A stretch of 64,000 nucleotides of DNA from the NCBI GenBank assembly GCA_013265495.1, contig MU057801.1, positions 2,820,765-2,884,764 of the forward strand, read 5' to 3'. The DNA is from Vicugna vicugna (lineage: Eukaryota). Made by a program: the position numbers and the translations under genes. The notes beneath the pieces were generated by a model. That model was not told where the DNA came from, made no database searches, and saw only the letters and a list, made by a program, of their open reading frames with translations. Positions 12,388 through 25,747 of the stretch are shown here, piece by piece; position 1 is the stretch's first letter; each line of letters starts with the position of its first letter.

Positions 12388-13426
12388 GTGAGGTGGCGTC
12401 CTCTGCGCGTGCTTGAGGTTGGGCCGCGGGGGCAGAGGTGCTGCCCCCAGGTGTGCTTGTGTCCTTCAGCTCAGTGACAGGAGGGAGCTGGACGGGGCCC
12501 CTGCCTGCGCAGCATGGAGGGGGGGCCCGAGGGGCTTGCGGGCCCCTCCCTCCGGGGGCAGCGCCGTTCCCCTGGGTGGCTGCCGCCCTTCCAGCCTCGC
12601 CCACACTCGTGTGCTGGGTGGACGCAGGCCGCTGGCTGCCCCATCAGCCACCGGTGCGTCTGCTCTGGGCTCAGCCACGTTCATTTCTGACTGTGGCACC
12701 TGGTCTTGGACACGCAATCGCGGAGTCCCATTGTGTGGCTGCCATGCAGCGGCGGTCCTGTCCTCGGTTCCACTCCATAGAACCTCCAGAGACCCGCCCC
12801 CCCGACTCCTGCTGAGCCGTTTTTAAGTAAATGACAGACATTGTAACACTTTGCCCCTAAGAACTTGTCTTCACAATGACGTTTTTCCTTGGGAACCGAC
12901 CACGCCCCCATTGCACCTGAAACATGTCGCTAATATCCAGCTGGAGCCATGCGCCCGGTTGTCCTGTTAGGGATACCTCACTGACCGAATCAGGGCACAC
13001 GGTCCTCGTGTGGTGGGTGGCTGTGGCTCTTGAACCTCCCGTGTCAGTTTCTCTCCACATCCCCTCCTTTTTTCGCCCTGCAGTTCACTAGTTACAGACC
13101 TGGGCTGTGTCCCAGGCTGGCTCCCCGACTGCGCCCCTCAGGTCTGCGCCAGGACCTCCCTTCGTTCCCTGTGTGTCCTGTAAGCTGGTAGTCAGTTCGT
13201 AGAACCCCTCGTGCCTTTTCTCTGTTTCTGAAAAACAAACCGGAATCAGAAGCCCGAGCTTGAGGCTGACAGGCCAGTGCACGTGGCACCCCCCGTGCGT
13301 CCGTATGCTGGGCAGAGGGCAGGGCATGTGGGGACGCCGTGGCCTCAGCCCCGTGGAGCTGCCACCCCATGCCAGGGCAGGCCTAGCACGGGGGTCTGCG
13401 CTGAGCGCCTGCCCCCGTCCATCCAG

Positions 13427-13568
13427 GCGGCGCCTGGCTACCACATGGCCAAGATGATCATCAAGCTGGTGACATCCATCGGCGACGTTGTCAACCAGGA
13501 TCCAGTTGTGGGCGACAGGCTCAAAGTGGTCTTCCTGGAGAACTACCGGGTGTCCCTGGCCGAGAAAG
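13427..13568 (+). CDS. PYGB: PYGB exon 16
   Basis: atccag|GCG...AAAG|gtgagg; 142 nt; [47 protein letters not shown]. Confidence 0.96.
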
Positions 13569-14962
13569 GTGAGGGAGCCTGCCCTGCCTGGGCACACGTG
13601 GTCCTTGCTGGTCAGGGCCTGTCTTGCTCCCAGGCAGATTAACTGCCACAGGGGCCAGGCCCTGCAGCCATAGAGGCTTCATGGCCAGAGACCCCACCTG
13701 GCAGCTGAGGCCCCGGGGAAGCTCTGCCTCGCACGTCCGTGGTCTCGAGCTGCTCCCCCTACCCCAGAGGGTGCTCTTACTCGCCCCCACCTGCTCACTC
13801 ACTGCCTGCTTCTCACCTGGGCCAGCACCTGCCTCTCGTGTCCTTCTGAGGGCAGCTCAGAGCCTCAGTCCTATGCCCGCTCTGCTTTGTGGGTCCTGGG
13901 TGCGGCCTGCCGCCTGGAGACAGGCCTACGTGGGGGCCGGAGGTGCGGAGTGGGCTGGTGCCTGGGCTGACCCTGAAGGGGTGGGTTCTGGTCTGACCCT
14001 GAGAGCCCACCGGCTGGGTTGGGGTGGAGCTGAGGACGGGAAGCAGGGATGCGAGGGCAGGCAGGACGGAGGCTGGGTGCCCAGTGCCACGTGGAGAAGC
14101 CTGTGCCGGGAACCCATGCTTGGGAGAAGCCGCGGGGCTGCACTGGGTCATGTCCTGGCTGCTGTGCCCAGTCTGCACACGACCCAGAGTAACTCCTGCG
14201 TGTGCGACCACCGGAAGTTCGCCCCCCGCCCCGCCCCCAGTCCTCCTCCTGTGAGAGCTGGATTCCCCTTGAAGGGGTTACAGGAGCCTCACAGGCTGAG
14301 ACGGAAGGGACATCAGGGTGCAGGGGAGCGGTTACACCATCAGGCCAGGACCAGGGCCCCCGCCAGACTTTGGCTGGCCATCTGCAGAAGGTTCCAGAAC
14401 AAAAATCCATTGCACCTGCCAGGCTTCTCCTCAGTGGCACTGACCTTGGGGCCAGCTGCGTGCCGCCGGAGAAGTCAACACAAGAGGCCAGGGCTGGCAG
14501 AAATGGAAAAGTTACTCAGCCAGCAACTCATGTCCCCACACAGCTCTGGAGATTCTGCTCAGCCATGAAAGTTTTTAGGGGCAAAGGGGACGTGGTCTCA
14601 GTCAGTCACCGGGACAGGGTCAGAGTGCTCGCCCCCTCCCCCAGCGCAGGCTTGGTGGCCGTGCTCTGCTCGCAGTCACTGCAGGGGGAGCTGGGGAAGA
14701 GATCCTGGCAGCTGCTACTTCTGTTTCTTTGGTTTGAGGAAAGAACAGGTTCGGTGAGGTATTGTGTGATCAGGGGACTGAAAGGGTGTGTCCCCGCAGA
14801 TCAGTTACAACACAGCTTTGCTGAAGTGACAAACCCTTTCCTGGAGAGCCTCCACCCGGGCTGCCCAGAACCAGGGAGGGGCCCTCGGGGGGGGGGGGTC
14901 TGCCCTCCTGCACTGAATGTTCATGGCCGATGAGTCTTGCTCGTGCCCCCCCACCCCCGCAG

Positions 14963-15170
14963 TGATCCCGGCCGCGGACCTGTCGCAGCAGATCTCCACC
15001 GCGGGCACCGAGGCCTCGGGCACGGGCAACATGAAGTTCATGCTCAATGGCGCCCTGACCATCGGCACCATGGATGGGGCCAACGTGGAGATGGCTGAGG
15101 AGGCGGGGGCCGAGAACCTCTTCATCTTCGGCCTCCGGGTGGAGGATGTGGAGGCCCTGGACCGCAAAGG
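14963..15170 (+). CDS. PYGB: PYGB exon 17, containing the pyridoxal-phosphate attachment motif EASGTGNMK (Lys codon 15034-15036)
   Basis: ccgcag|TG...AAAGG|gtgtgt; 208 nt; (V)[68 protein letters not shown]. Confidence 0.97.
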
Positions 15171-15927
15171 GTGTGTGTCCCTCTGGTGCCTGTGGGCACC
15201 AGTCGCGGGTCTGTGGCGGCCTCCCAGGGCCCGTCTGCCCGCCTCCTGGGCACCACGCAGGCTCCCTGTGCTGGGGCTCCGCAGCCCAGCCTGCATGCTC
15301 CAGACCTGTTGTTCCCAAAACGCCAAGAGCAGGAGTCCTCGGGGATGGGGGTCCAGAGCTGCTGGGACCTGCTGCCCTGACTTTGTAGAGTAACCCCAGT
15401 AGCCTCGGAAGAGTTTTAAATTTACAGGAAAACTGAAGCGACAGTACAGAGAGCTCCGTATACTCGGGTAGCTTCCTTGTTTTTTATACAAGTGTTCTTT
15501 CCTGTCCCGGGACCCCATCCAGGGCACCTCCTGTTGAGACTTCACGTTTCTACTGGTTTTTCTACGATCAGGGATATGCTGGGGGGCCCAGCCTGGCCTA
15601 ATTCTGAGCAATAACTGAAATTGTCTAATTGCCTGAAAGCTCGGGGGAGTTGGCCTTGGGCACCAGAGGCTGAGCCCAGAAAGTCAGCCTGTGAGCACGC
15701 CCTGCTGCCCTTTCTGCGCCGTCCCTGTATCCCGGGACAAGCACGTCTGGCACATGGAGGGTGGGGGAGGGGCCGTGTAAGTTGAGCAGTGCCCCCACCA
15801 GGACAGCAGAGCCACACGCCGACGTGTCTGTAGACAGTAACAGGACCCCGTGGGGCTGACGCGCCCATGGTGGCTCCCACCTCTCGAGGGCCCAGCGGCT
15901 GTCATGGCGCAGGCCGTCTCCCCGCAG

Positions 15928-16062
15928 GTACAATGCCCGGGAGTACTACGACCGCCTGCCCGAGCTGCGGCAGGCCGTGGACCAGATCAGCAGTGGCTTC
16001 TTCTCACCCAGGGAGCCGGACTGCTTCAAGGACGTCGTCAACATGCTGCTGAACCATGACAG
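15928..16062 (+). CDS. PYGB: PYGB exon 18
   Basis: ccgcag|GTAC...GACAG|gtggga; 135 nt; [44 protein letters not shown]. Confidence 0.96.
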
Positions 16063-16788
16063 GTGGGACGGCCCGCTGCTTCTCTCCCCTCCGATGGGTC
16101 ATTCCGAGGGTCCTCCAGGCGGGGTGAAAACTGCATGTTGTCTGGGTGAAGCCTGGGCCTTAGTGAGCTCTCCCTCCTCGGCCCATCCAGGGCCCGGGAC
16201 CTGAAGGGCCTGACGGTGCCTGGGGAGCCCAGTGGTGGTCTGGGTGGAACGAACTCACTCACGAGGCTGTAAAGTAAGACGTGGCTGCGGACATGGGGTG
16301 TGTCCTGTGCCCATCAGTCCCGGGTGCGGCCTTGCTCACGGGGGCAGGCTCACAGTGCTGCCTCCTCGCAGGTGTCACCAGCGTCCGTCTGAGGCTGAGA
16401 CGCGGCCTCTGTCCCACTTCCACCTCCTTGGGGCTGGTCTGTCACTTTTTTGGTGGATGCTGTCTCCTGCCTGAGATCTGTGTTCAAGGAGGGACCTTCC
16501 AGGGTCTTATGAACTGTTCCTGCCTCAGTCATTTTCTGTAACCATCAATCCTGCACCTCCGTCTCTCAGTCCTGTGAGACCTGAGCCTGGCAGTCACCAT
16601 GCCCTCCCCCGGGGGCAAAATCGGCAGGAAGCCTCGCGCTCAGGTTTTTAAGAAGAACGTTGGGTTAAAATATGTCTTTTCTAGAGTAGCGTCCCCAGGA
16701 CACAAGTGTTGCTCACAGAGCAGCCCCGTGGCCACCCCTGTCCTGCAGCGGGTGCCTGCCCAGCCCAACTTCCCGTCTCCTGCTTCAG

Positions 16789-16855
16789 GTTCAAGGTGTT
16801 TGCAGATTATGAAGCGTACGTGGCCTGCCAGGCTCGGGTGGACCGGCTGTACCGG
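16789..16855 (+). CDS. PYGB: PYGB exon 19
   Basis: cttcag|GTTC...CGG|gtgagg; 67 nt; FKVFADYEAYVACQARVDRLYR. Confidence 0.96.
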
Positions 16856-17809
16856 GTGAGGCTCTCGGGTCCCGAGCTGGTGGGGGTGCGACCGTGTCCT
16901 GCTGTCTCGGCTGCTCCCAGGAAGTCACGGGTCCTCTTGTGGCTCCTTCCACTCGGGGACTGACCCTGCCGCCCCTCTGCTCTCCATCCACACTGGCTCA
17001 GGTTCCTGCAGCCTCTGGGCAGCTGCCACAGTGCAAGTGAGCAGTGCAGGAGTTCCCATCCTGGGGCCCCAACGCCCTAGCCTGCGACCTGACCGCCCCT
17101 GGGAGAGGGACAGGCCTCATGAGCAGTGTAGACCGTTGTGTGCTTGAGAATGTGTGTTTAAAACGAGGATGTGGACAATTTCTTGGAAAGGTGTGAGCGG
17201 CCACCACAGCAGTCAGGGACTTGTAGCTCTAAGGCGCAGAGCTCCAGAGGCAGGGACGCGGTGCCAGCGTGTCCCCCGTGGTGTGAGCTGCGGGGAGTGG
17301 GCATGTCCACTGGGGTCTCCTGGGAAGAACCGCTCCCGAGCCTGGGGTGGTGCACTGAGGATGGCAGTGGGAGGGGACACTGGTGATGGGGGTGTGGCCG
17401 TGCAGTCATTGGGATGGTTTGTCCAGATCGTGTAAGGTGCCCCTTGGACAAGGCCTGAGGGGCTTGTGCTCCTGACTCGGTGCCCGTCCCACCCCTTCCC
17501 CAGAGAAGCGGCTCCTGGCTTCCCTTGAGTGAAGGAACAGAAGGGGCTGGGAAACTGGGTGATCGTCAGGGCTGGCTGGTCAGGGAACACTCTTCTGTCC
17601 ATCGTGTGCACAGTGTCCTAGCGGGACGTGGAGCATTCGGGGCGGGGACCTCCCGGGCTCCTTGCCCCTATACCTGGTCACCTGGTAGCTTTTCTGGTGG
17701 GCGAGGCCCCCTTTTCAGTGGAGATTCCTCATCATCCATCAGGCTGCCCAGGGCTGAGTGCTCAGCTGGGGAGAGCCCACAGTCACACAGCATTGGCTTC
17801 CCTCCACAG

Positions 17810-17962
17810 AACCCCCGGGAGTGGACTGAGAAGGTTATCAGGAACATCGCCTGTGCTGGCAAGTTCTCCAGTGACCGGACCATCACCGAGTATGCCCGGG
17901 ACATCTGGGGTGTGGAGCCCTCCGCCCTACAGACCCCACCCCCCAGCCTCTCCAGGGACTAG
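17810..17962 (+). CDS. PYGB: PYGB exon 20, coding part, ending in TAG
   Basis: ccacag|AAC...[53 protein letters not shown]; proline-rich C-terminus is typical of the brain isoform. Confidence 0.96.
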   Translation, partial: NPREWTEKVIRNIACAGKFSSDRTITEYARDIWGVEPSALQTPPPSLSRD

Positions 17963-19013
17963 GCCCCCCTCGCCAACTCTGCCCCTCGTCCAGCTTCCCA
18001 GCACCTGCTTTTTTTCCCACTGCTGTTTCCGGGAGGAATGTGGGGATCATGGTGGGGAAGGAAAGATGCTGACAGAGAGGCTCTCCTGCCGCCTGCAGCA
18101 GAGCGGAGCCCGCGGCACTGACCAGGGTGGCGCTGACCGGGGCAGCTGGCCTGCAGCTTTGCCCACCCACCCTGGGAGGTGGGGAAGGTGGGGACGCCGG
18201 TCAGGCTCCCACAGCCTTGCATGTGCCGTGTGTGAGCTTGTTTTTAGCTTTGAGCCTCTGGATTCTGGGGTCTGGGCAGGCAGTGTGGCAGAGCCTGGGG
18301 ACACTTGGGCTGGCCGTCTGGTGTGGCCTCTGGTCCTCCCTGGCCCAGCTCTGCCTGCTGGCCTTGCTGGGAGGGTCCAGTGCTCTGGGCCTTGTCTCCA
18401 TAGCTGCCCTGTGGGCACCCGAGACAGCTGGGGTGACACTGAGGGGGACACCTGTGTCCAGCATCTAGGGTGAGACAAGGATGACTGATAAAAAGTCAGA
18501 TTGGGTTTGCTTTTTCAAAAAAAAATTTCCCTCGTGAAAAACTAGTTGGAGCCGTTCATTCTTCCAGCAGCTAAGCCCAGTGCTTCTGGAGCTGCTGCCT
18601 GGGGAGGCCGTGGCGGGGTGTGCTCCCCCGACCCTGCCGTGGGGCCCGGGGGCCGCCTCTGCTGGATGGGGCAGGGCGTGCAGCCCCTGCCCCACGCCCC
18701 TCCACGTCTGGGGTGTGTCTCTGTCTTACGTGTGAAGCCGGCCCCCTCCCCGCTCCCTTGCCAGCAGCGCAGCAGCCTGGTCTGGAGAAGGGCCAGGTGG
18801 GCTCAGAGCGGAGCCCAGACAGCAGCCCGCAGCCGTGGGCAGAAGCGCGTTCCCGCGGCCTTGCCCTCACCTCCGTACTGACTGCACACTTCTCCAGGGT
18901 CACAGGGACACGTTCTGGGGTGTGACTGTGCCCCCGATATGCTCTGCTGCCCGTCCCTAGGCCGACTGTGACTGTCACTGTGCCCCTCCTGTACCACCTC
19001 GTGTGAGAAACCA

Positions 19014-19019
19014 ATTAAA
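19014..19019 (+). terminator. Probable PYGB polyadenylation signal (ATTAAA variant), giving a ~1.05 kb 3'UTR
   Basis: First poly(A)-type hexamer I can find after the stop codon; TGTA upstream and some GT-rich sequence downstream. Confidence 0.6.
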
Positions 19020-20176
19020 ACTGCTTATGCTTGGCTGACCCGGCTTGTGCGCTTCACTCTGCACCAAGGGCGGCGCGTGGTCCCTGGTGTGTGGCCCTGT
19101 GGGCGGGGGGGCCAGGCTGCACCACAGCCCGTTGTTCTGGGCCTGAGGACAGTCTCACCCAGCTGCATGTGGGACCAGGAGCACGTGTGTCTGGGCCACC
19201 AGCTCTACAAAGAATCGTCCAACCCAGACGCTGGGAAGACCGTCGTCAGGGTGTTGACACTTACGGTGTGAACTGTATTGTTCCCTACACCCATCTTCTG
19301 CCACTGCTCCTGGCCCTGGGAAATGGAATGCCCTGGGGACCAACCCCCCCCCCCCGCCAAATTGTGTGACTGCAGATTGAATAGAAAACCAGGAGGGATG
19401 GGATTTGCGCGCTGCAGACCCTGGTGGGGGTGTGGGAGATGCCTTCTCCCGGGCTCAGGTCTAGGGAGCTCCCGTGACACACGCGTGTGACCATGGTTCA
19501 CAGCTGTGAATGTCCAGCTGTTCCAGACCACAGATCAACCCTGTGACCCTCCGAAGGGTTGGTCCTAACCCAGTTGAAGCTCAAGTGCTTGGACCGAGGT
19601 CACAAGCTGAGACAACCCCCCTCCAGGTGGGTGTGCAGACCTAGTAACCTGCCAGGTGATGTTCTGGCAGCTGCTCCTCAGCACTCCCTTGTCTTCAGAT
19701 TGTCAGACACCTGCAGAAACAACGACAGCTCACGTGTTTACTTTGCCTCCTACCTCACACCCCTAAGAAGATCTGAGGCAACTTACAGAGACACAGGACT
19801 TGATCCCAGTCGGAGCAGCCCAGGTCTACACGGCCTGTGAGCAGGTCCCACGGCTTCACTGGCCAGGACGGCCTGGGGATGTGGCTCTGCGCTGTGGGGT
19901 GGTGATCTCATGAAGGGGCTGTCTGGCCAGGGAGGCACTTTCTGGTGACTCTCAGGGCCTCTGACACAGAGCAGTTACAGGAAGGCGGCATCGGGTCGGG
20001 ACGGTGTGGCCCAGCGGCCATGGAAATCCGCGGCCCTGCAGGCAGCGCTCACACCTGAATCTGACACCAGGAGTGCAGGGCAAGCCCATCCAGGGAGGGA
20101 ACAGACAACCTGACAAAGCTGACCTGAGGAGAGGCGAGTCTGTCTGTTTCAAACCTGGTCTAAGAAAAGGCATGGG

Positions 20177-21684
20177 GGTGCTGGCACAAAGGCAGTATAT
20201 GGATCGATGGAACAGAACAGAGTGCCCAGAAATAAACCCACACACCTATGGTAAATTAAATCTTCAACAAAGGAGGCAAGAATATACCATGGAGAAAAAG
20301 ACAGTCTCTCAGGAAATGGTGCTGGGAAAACTGGACAGCAGCATGTAAATCAATGAAGGTAGAACACTCCCTCACACCACGCACAAAAATAAACCCAAAG
20401 TGGCTTAAAGACTTAAATGTAAGACAAGACATGATAAATCTCTCAGAGGAAAATACAAGAAAAACATTATCTGACATAAATCTCAGCAATGTTCTCCTAG
20501 AGCAGTCTACCGAGGCAATAGAAATTAGAGCAAAAATAAACAAATGGGACCTAATGAAACTTACAAGCTTCTGCACAGCAAAGGAAACCAGAAGCAAAAC
20601 AAAACGACAAGCTACAGAGAAAATTTTTGCAAATGACGAGACTGACAGAGGTTTAATTTCCAGAATATATACACAGCTCATACAACTTATTAACAACAAC
20701 AACAAAACAAAAACCAAACAACCCAATCCAAAAAAAGGGGCAGAAGACCCAAACAAGCAATTCTCCAATGAAGACATACAAATGATCAACAGGAACATGA
20801 AAAAATGCTCAGTATCACTAATTATCAGAGAAATGCAAATCAAAACTACCATAAGGTATCACCTCACACCAGTCAGAATGGCCGTCATTCAAAAGTCCAC
20901 AAATGACAAATGCTGGAGAGGCTGTGGAGAAAGGGGAACCCTCTCCTACACTGCTGGTGGGAATGCAGTTTGGTGCAGCCACTGTGGAGAACAGTATGGA
21001 GATTCCTCAAGAGACTGAAAATAGACTTACCATAGGACCCAGGAACCCCGCTCCTCGGCATATATCCGGAGGGAACTCTTAATTCGAAAACACACATGCA
21101 CCCAGATGTTCACAGCAGCACTATTTACAACAGCCAAGACATGGAAGCAACCTAAATGTCCATCAGCATATGACTGGATAAAGAAGTTGTGGTGCATATA
21201 CAATGGAATACTACTCAGCCATAAAAAATAATAAAATAATGCCATTTACAGCAACATGGTTGGACCTAGAGATCATCATTCTAAGTGAATTAAGCCATAA
21301 AGAAAAAGAAAAATACCGTATGGTATCAGTCGCACGTGGAATCTAAAAAAAAGGGGAAAAAAAGAACACTAATGAACTCATCTACAAAACAGACAGACTC
21401 GCAGACATAGTAAATAATCATGGTTACCGGAGGAAAGGGGTGGGAAGGGATAAATTTGGGAGTTTGAGATTTGCAAATGTTAGCCACTATATACATAAAT
21501 AGATTAAAAAAATTTCTTCTGTGTAGCACAGGGAACTAGGTTCAGTATCTTGTAATAACCTTTAATGAAAAAGAAAATGAAAATGAGTATATGTATGTAT
21601 ATGCAAGACTGGGACATGGTGCTGTACACCAGAAATTGACATACTGTAAACTGACTATACGTCAATTAAAAAAAGGAAAAACCA
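20177..21684 (+). mobile_element. 5'-truncated LINE-1 (3' part of ORF2, 3'UTR, A-rich tail) between PYGB and ABHD12
   Basis: ORF2 C-terminal motifs [19 protein letters not shown] and [26 protein letters not shown]-rich tail; imperfect TSD taagaaa(gca)aggcatggg at 20161-20176 and 21685-21703. Confidence 0.93.
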
Positions 21685-22484
21685 TAAGAAAGCAAGGCAT
21701 GGGTTTTCCAGATACGAGAATAGCGACAGGCAGCTCTGAGGTGCTTCAGAAAGAAGGGTGACCCTCCAGCTGGCCCCCGGCTGCGAATACAGGCCACAGG
21801 GTTGGGGCAGGTGAACGAGCCCCTCCCCAACCCTGGGGAGTTCTGTGCTGAGAACGCTGCAGGCCCTGAGGATCGGGGAGACTCGGGTGGACTGAAGTTC
21901 TCCAGTCTGGGACAAACCATGTGCCTGCACATCTCTAAGTCCCCTTCCATATTAAGATGTGTACCCTCTTGTCCTCGAGTAGAGGTGACATAGCTAGACT
22001 GTAAGAAGCCATCGCCAGGGAGGTGAGAAGTGGGACCCAGAGGGGGCAGACACTGGCTGGGGCGCACAAGTGCAGGCGGAGCTGGTCTGACAAAAAGCCA
22101 GACAAACGAGCCACCACCAGATAGCAGGAGCAGCCCGCATCCTCTCCTGAGTGGTCAGGGGCCTGCCCACCGACAGTGATGTTCAGTGAGCTTGTTAACC
22201 GTTAAGGCTGAAAGGGTCACCTGTGTAAGCTAGATTGTAGGAAAATGCCACCTCTCCACCCGGAGAAGCCGTCCCCACCGTGAACAGGCCTCCCGCAGAG
22301 ACAACGGCCCTTCCTGAGGAGCCTCAGAGTCCAGAAGGGAGGAGGAAAGACAACTGCGATCCTTGGCCTTCCGGAGCCACCCCTCTGCCCTATGACCGGG
22401 TTCTGGGAGTGGCCTGGGGCTGGGGGCAGGGCCTGGGCACAACTGGAGGTGTCACTGAGAAAACAGGCAGACCACCATGATGAT

Positions 22485-22490
22485 TTTATT
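22485..22490 (-). terminator. Probable ABHD12 polyadenylation signal (AATAAA on - strand), ~0.6 kb 3'UTR
   Basis: TTTATT on +; T-rich element upstream and GT/T-rich tggtggtctgcctgttttct downstream on the - strand. Confidence 0.75.
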
Positions 22491-23082
22491 CTTAAATAAA
22501 TGCTCAGTCTAAGGCCAGGTTAGGCGGACAGGTGGGTGGAAATTGGAGGAAGGCAGATCCCAGGCACCTCCCCCCTGGGAGCAGTGGGGCCACCCAGGGA
22601 GGCAGGGACACCGAGGAAGGCAAGCGGGTGCACAGGGCAGGAGGGGGTGAGGAACCACTGGAGTCCATTCCACATGTGCTAGGAAGAGGCAGAAGGAACC
22701 CAGCCAGGTTCCCCACATTCTCGAGGGTGGTGCCAGAGAGCACGGCATGGTCCCGAGACCCCACGCCTCCTTCCCCAGGCTCCAATGCCCAGCTCAGGAA
22801 GCGGAGATCAACCAGCCAACGGCCGGAATGTCCTGTCACTGTCTTTCCAACAAGACCTCAGGGTGAGTGGCAGCAAGAGGGAGAGAGGGCCACCCGCCCA
22901 CCACCCGCACTGTCCACAGAGATCAGTGCTCCAGCCCCCGGGGCAGGCGCCTGAGGTCTGCCAGGGCCCCACTGCCCACCCGCTGGAGACCACGTCCTCT
23001 GTCCAGGTGCCTCTCTGGGCGCCAGGCTGGCCAGAGGGAGGGGACAAGGGCAGAGGTCTTCATGCTCTTCAGGCAGCGAGAC

Positions 23083-23122
23083 TCAGTGCTGGCGCCCGGC
23101 GTCCGGCTTGCCCAGGAATTCC
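23083..23122 (-). CDS. ABHD12: ABHD12 exon 13, coding part, ending in TGA
   Basis: atctag|G GAA TTC...TGA; 40 nt; EFLGKPDAGRQH*. Confidence 0.92.
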
Positions 23123-23955
23123 CTAGATCAGAGGGGACACGTGTTGCCAAAGGCCTGGAGGCCACCCTCCCGCTCGGAAAACTCCCAGTGGGTTAAACAA
23201 GCAGGGCCCCAGCGGCAGCGCCCAAGTCAAGTCCCGACGCGCGGCAGCAAGTGTGGGGTCACCAACGGCACCTCGAGGCACCTCGACGTGAGCTGTTCTC
23301 TGGTCTGACTTTCCCGAAACGTGTTCCTTTCACAGGGAAAAATGACAACCCCCGAGCAAACCTGCACTCTTCACGGCCCCCAGCAGCCCACATCCGCGTG
23401 GCCAGAACAGCCAGCTGCCCAGTCCTGCCCCCAAACTTCAAAGACAGCGAGAGGGGCACGCAGCCCTGTGCCTCCAACGGGGGCCGGGCAGGGCCTGGTC
23501 CACCCAGCCCCGCCCTCTGCCAGCGGCCCACCCCCGTGCTCAGGTCTGTGCCCGGGGCTGCAGCCCAGCCTTGGCCAGGGTCCTGGCCAGCCCAGCGCAG
23601 CGGGAGCACAGGCTCCCTGCCAGAAGCAGCGGGGGGCAGACAGGCTTCTGCGGAGCCAGGCTGGGCCCGTGTGCCCCGTCTGCCCCGCACGCAGGCGCAG
23701 TGACCCGGCGGGGGTGTGGGAGGGGAAGGAGGCTGTGTTGTGGACGCACCCCTGTGTGGCGCCTGCACTGCACAGCCTGCACCGTGGGGACGTCCCCACC
23801 CTGCTGACCATGGGGACAGCCCAGGAGGGTGGACACCCCAACCCTCACTGTGACCGGGCCCCGAGACGGCTTTTGTGGCTGTAGCCCCACAGCCCCACAC
23901 AGCGCCTGAGCCGCTGCCACGCAGGACGGCATCCCTGGCAGGAAGAGAGCGCCTA

Positions 23956-24291
<336 letters not shown>

Positions 24292-25002
24292 TCAAGACTC
24301 TCTGTCTTCAAGCCTGTCTCCCAAGGAGGCTGCCCTTCCTCAGGGGACCTCAGCACCCCAGAAAGGTACTTGCTACAGGATGGGGTGGTGGCCTGAGTGC
24401 CCGGAGCGGCCCTGATGGCTCAGTACCTGGGGCTGGGCAGGCCCCTGGGTCAAGGCCAGTCCACAGCCGGCTCCGCATCTGGCCACCTCAGCCCTCCTCC
24501 CAGCCCCGCTGTCTCAGGCCTGTGCTGAGGTGGCCTGGGCTCTCTCCCAGCGGACCCTGCCCCAGGCGGCTGCCAGGGCAGGCAGTGCCCTACCCCACCC
24601 CCACCCCCAGATCCAATCCTGCTTCCTGGCAGCAAAGACAAAGCAGATGCAGGGGCCCCAGGACAATGAGGCACCCTCCAATGTCAGTCCAGGGCCAAGG
24701 TCGGGGAACAGGTGACAGGTTCTGTGCCAATTCCACCCATGGGGGTCCTGGCCATTGAGGCCCCCTCCCTCCAGCCAGGACCTGGCGAGCCCTCCTGGCT
24801 GAGTCCCCGCAGTGAGTCTCTGTGGGGAGGGCCCCTGCAGGGGACCCAGAGGCAGGCGCCCGCTTTCCGCCCCTGTTTCCTGTGGCAGCGTCACCAGCCC
24901 TGCCCCTGCCCCGCTCTTCCTCGTGGGCCTGCCAGCTGCAGGACCCTCCTCCTTGTCCGCCTGGCCCAGCCTGGGCTGGACGCGAGTCCACCCGACACCC
25001 AC

Positions 25003-25081
25003 CTTCCTGCCGAGCTGGAAGGGCACCACGGGGTCGTCCTCCGCGTGCAGGATGAGCAGGGAGCAGGAGATGTGCTTCACG
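25003..25081 (-). CDS. ABHD12: ABHD12 exon 11 (catalytic Asp in HAEDDPVV)
   Basis: ccgcag|C GTG...AAG|gtgggt; 79 nt; [26 protein letters not shown]. Confidence 0.96.
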
Positions 25082-25747
25082 CTGCGGGAGGGAGACACGC
25101 TGGACCAGGGCCCCAGGAGAGGCCGTCGTTCTTAGAGGGAATCCGGTAACATTTACAGGCAAGCAGGGGTTTGGCTCATAACGTTTGCTCAAATTTTAGT
25201 TCTACTTCTGTTTTTAGAACCAAAGCACATAACTGAGGGGAAATACTACTTCATTTTTCGTATTATTTTAAAATGTAGATTATTAAATGTTAGCTGAATA
25301 GTCAGAGAAGGATTTTTCTTTTTTTTTTAAAGAATTAAAATCCATAAAACAAAAATATCACAAAGATAATGTCAACAGAATGTGAATGCTGTTCAAAGAA
25401 AGAGTCCTTAAACACAACACGTAACTTGCGGTTTAGCTAATGATTTTTAACACTAAATTTCATAACATCTTCCCAGAGCCAGACACAAATCAGGTGGCCG
25501 AGGCAGTTACTTTTTGAATAAGTTACTATTACTGTTTTAATACCGGTTCAGGACTTCTGGCTTTGACAATTTTCAAGTAAAACAGCTTTATGGACCCCAA
25601 AAACCTGTTGTTTCTGTATTTCTTCAACTCTGTAGTCTTCCCACGTCCTGACCCCTCCACCCTGCCCCGTCAGAGACGAGCCCCCAGATCCCAGATCCCA
25701 CTCTCCCGGGGATTCTGGTTTCTCTAAACTCTCCTCCCGGTACTCAC

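Noticed and set aside
16063..16788. Possible orthologue of the human ABHD12 alternative last exon that I recall overlapping the PYGB 3' region
   Set aside because: I could not identify a convincing - strand acceptor, ORF and poly(A) signal here; an alignment to the human transcript is needed
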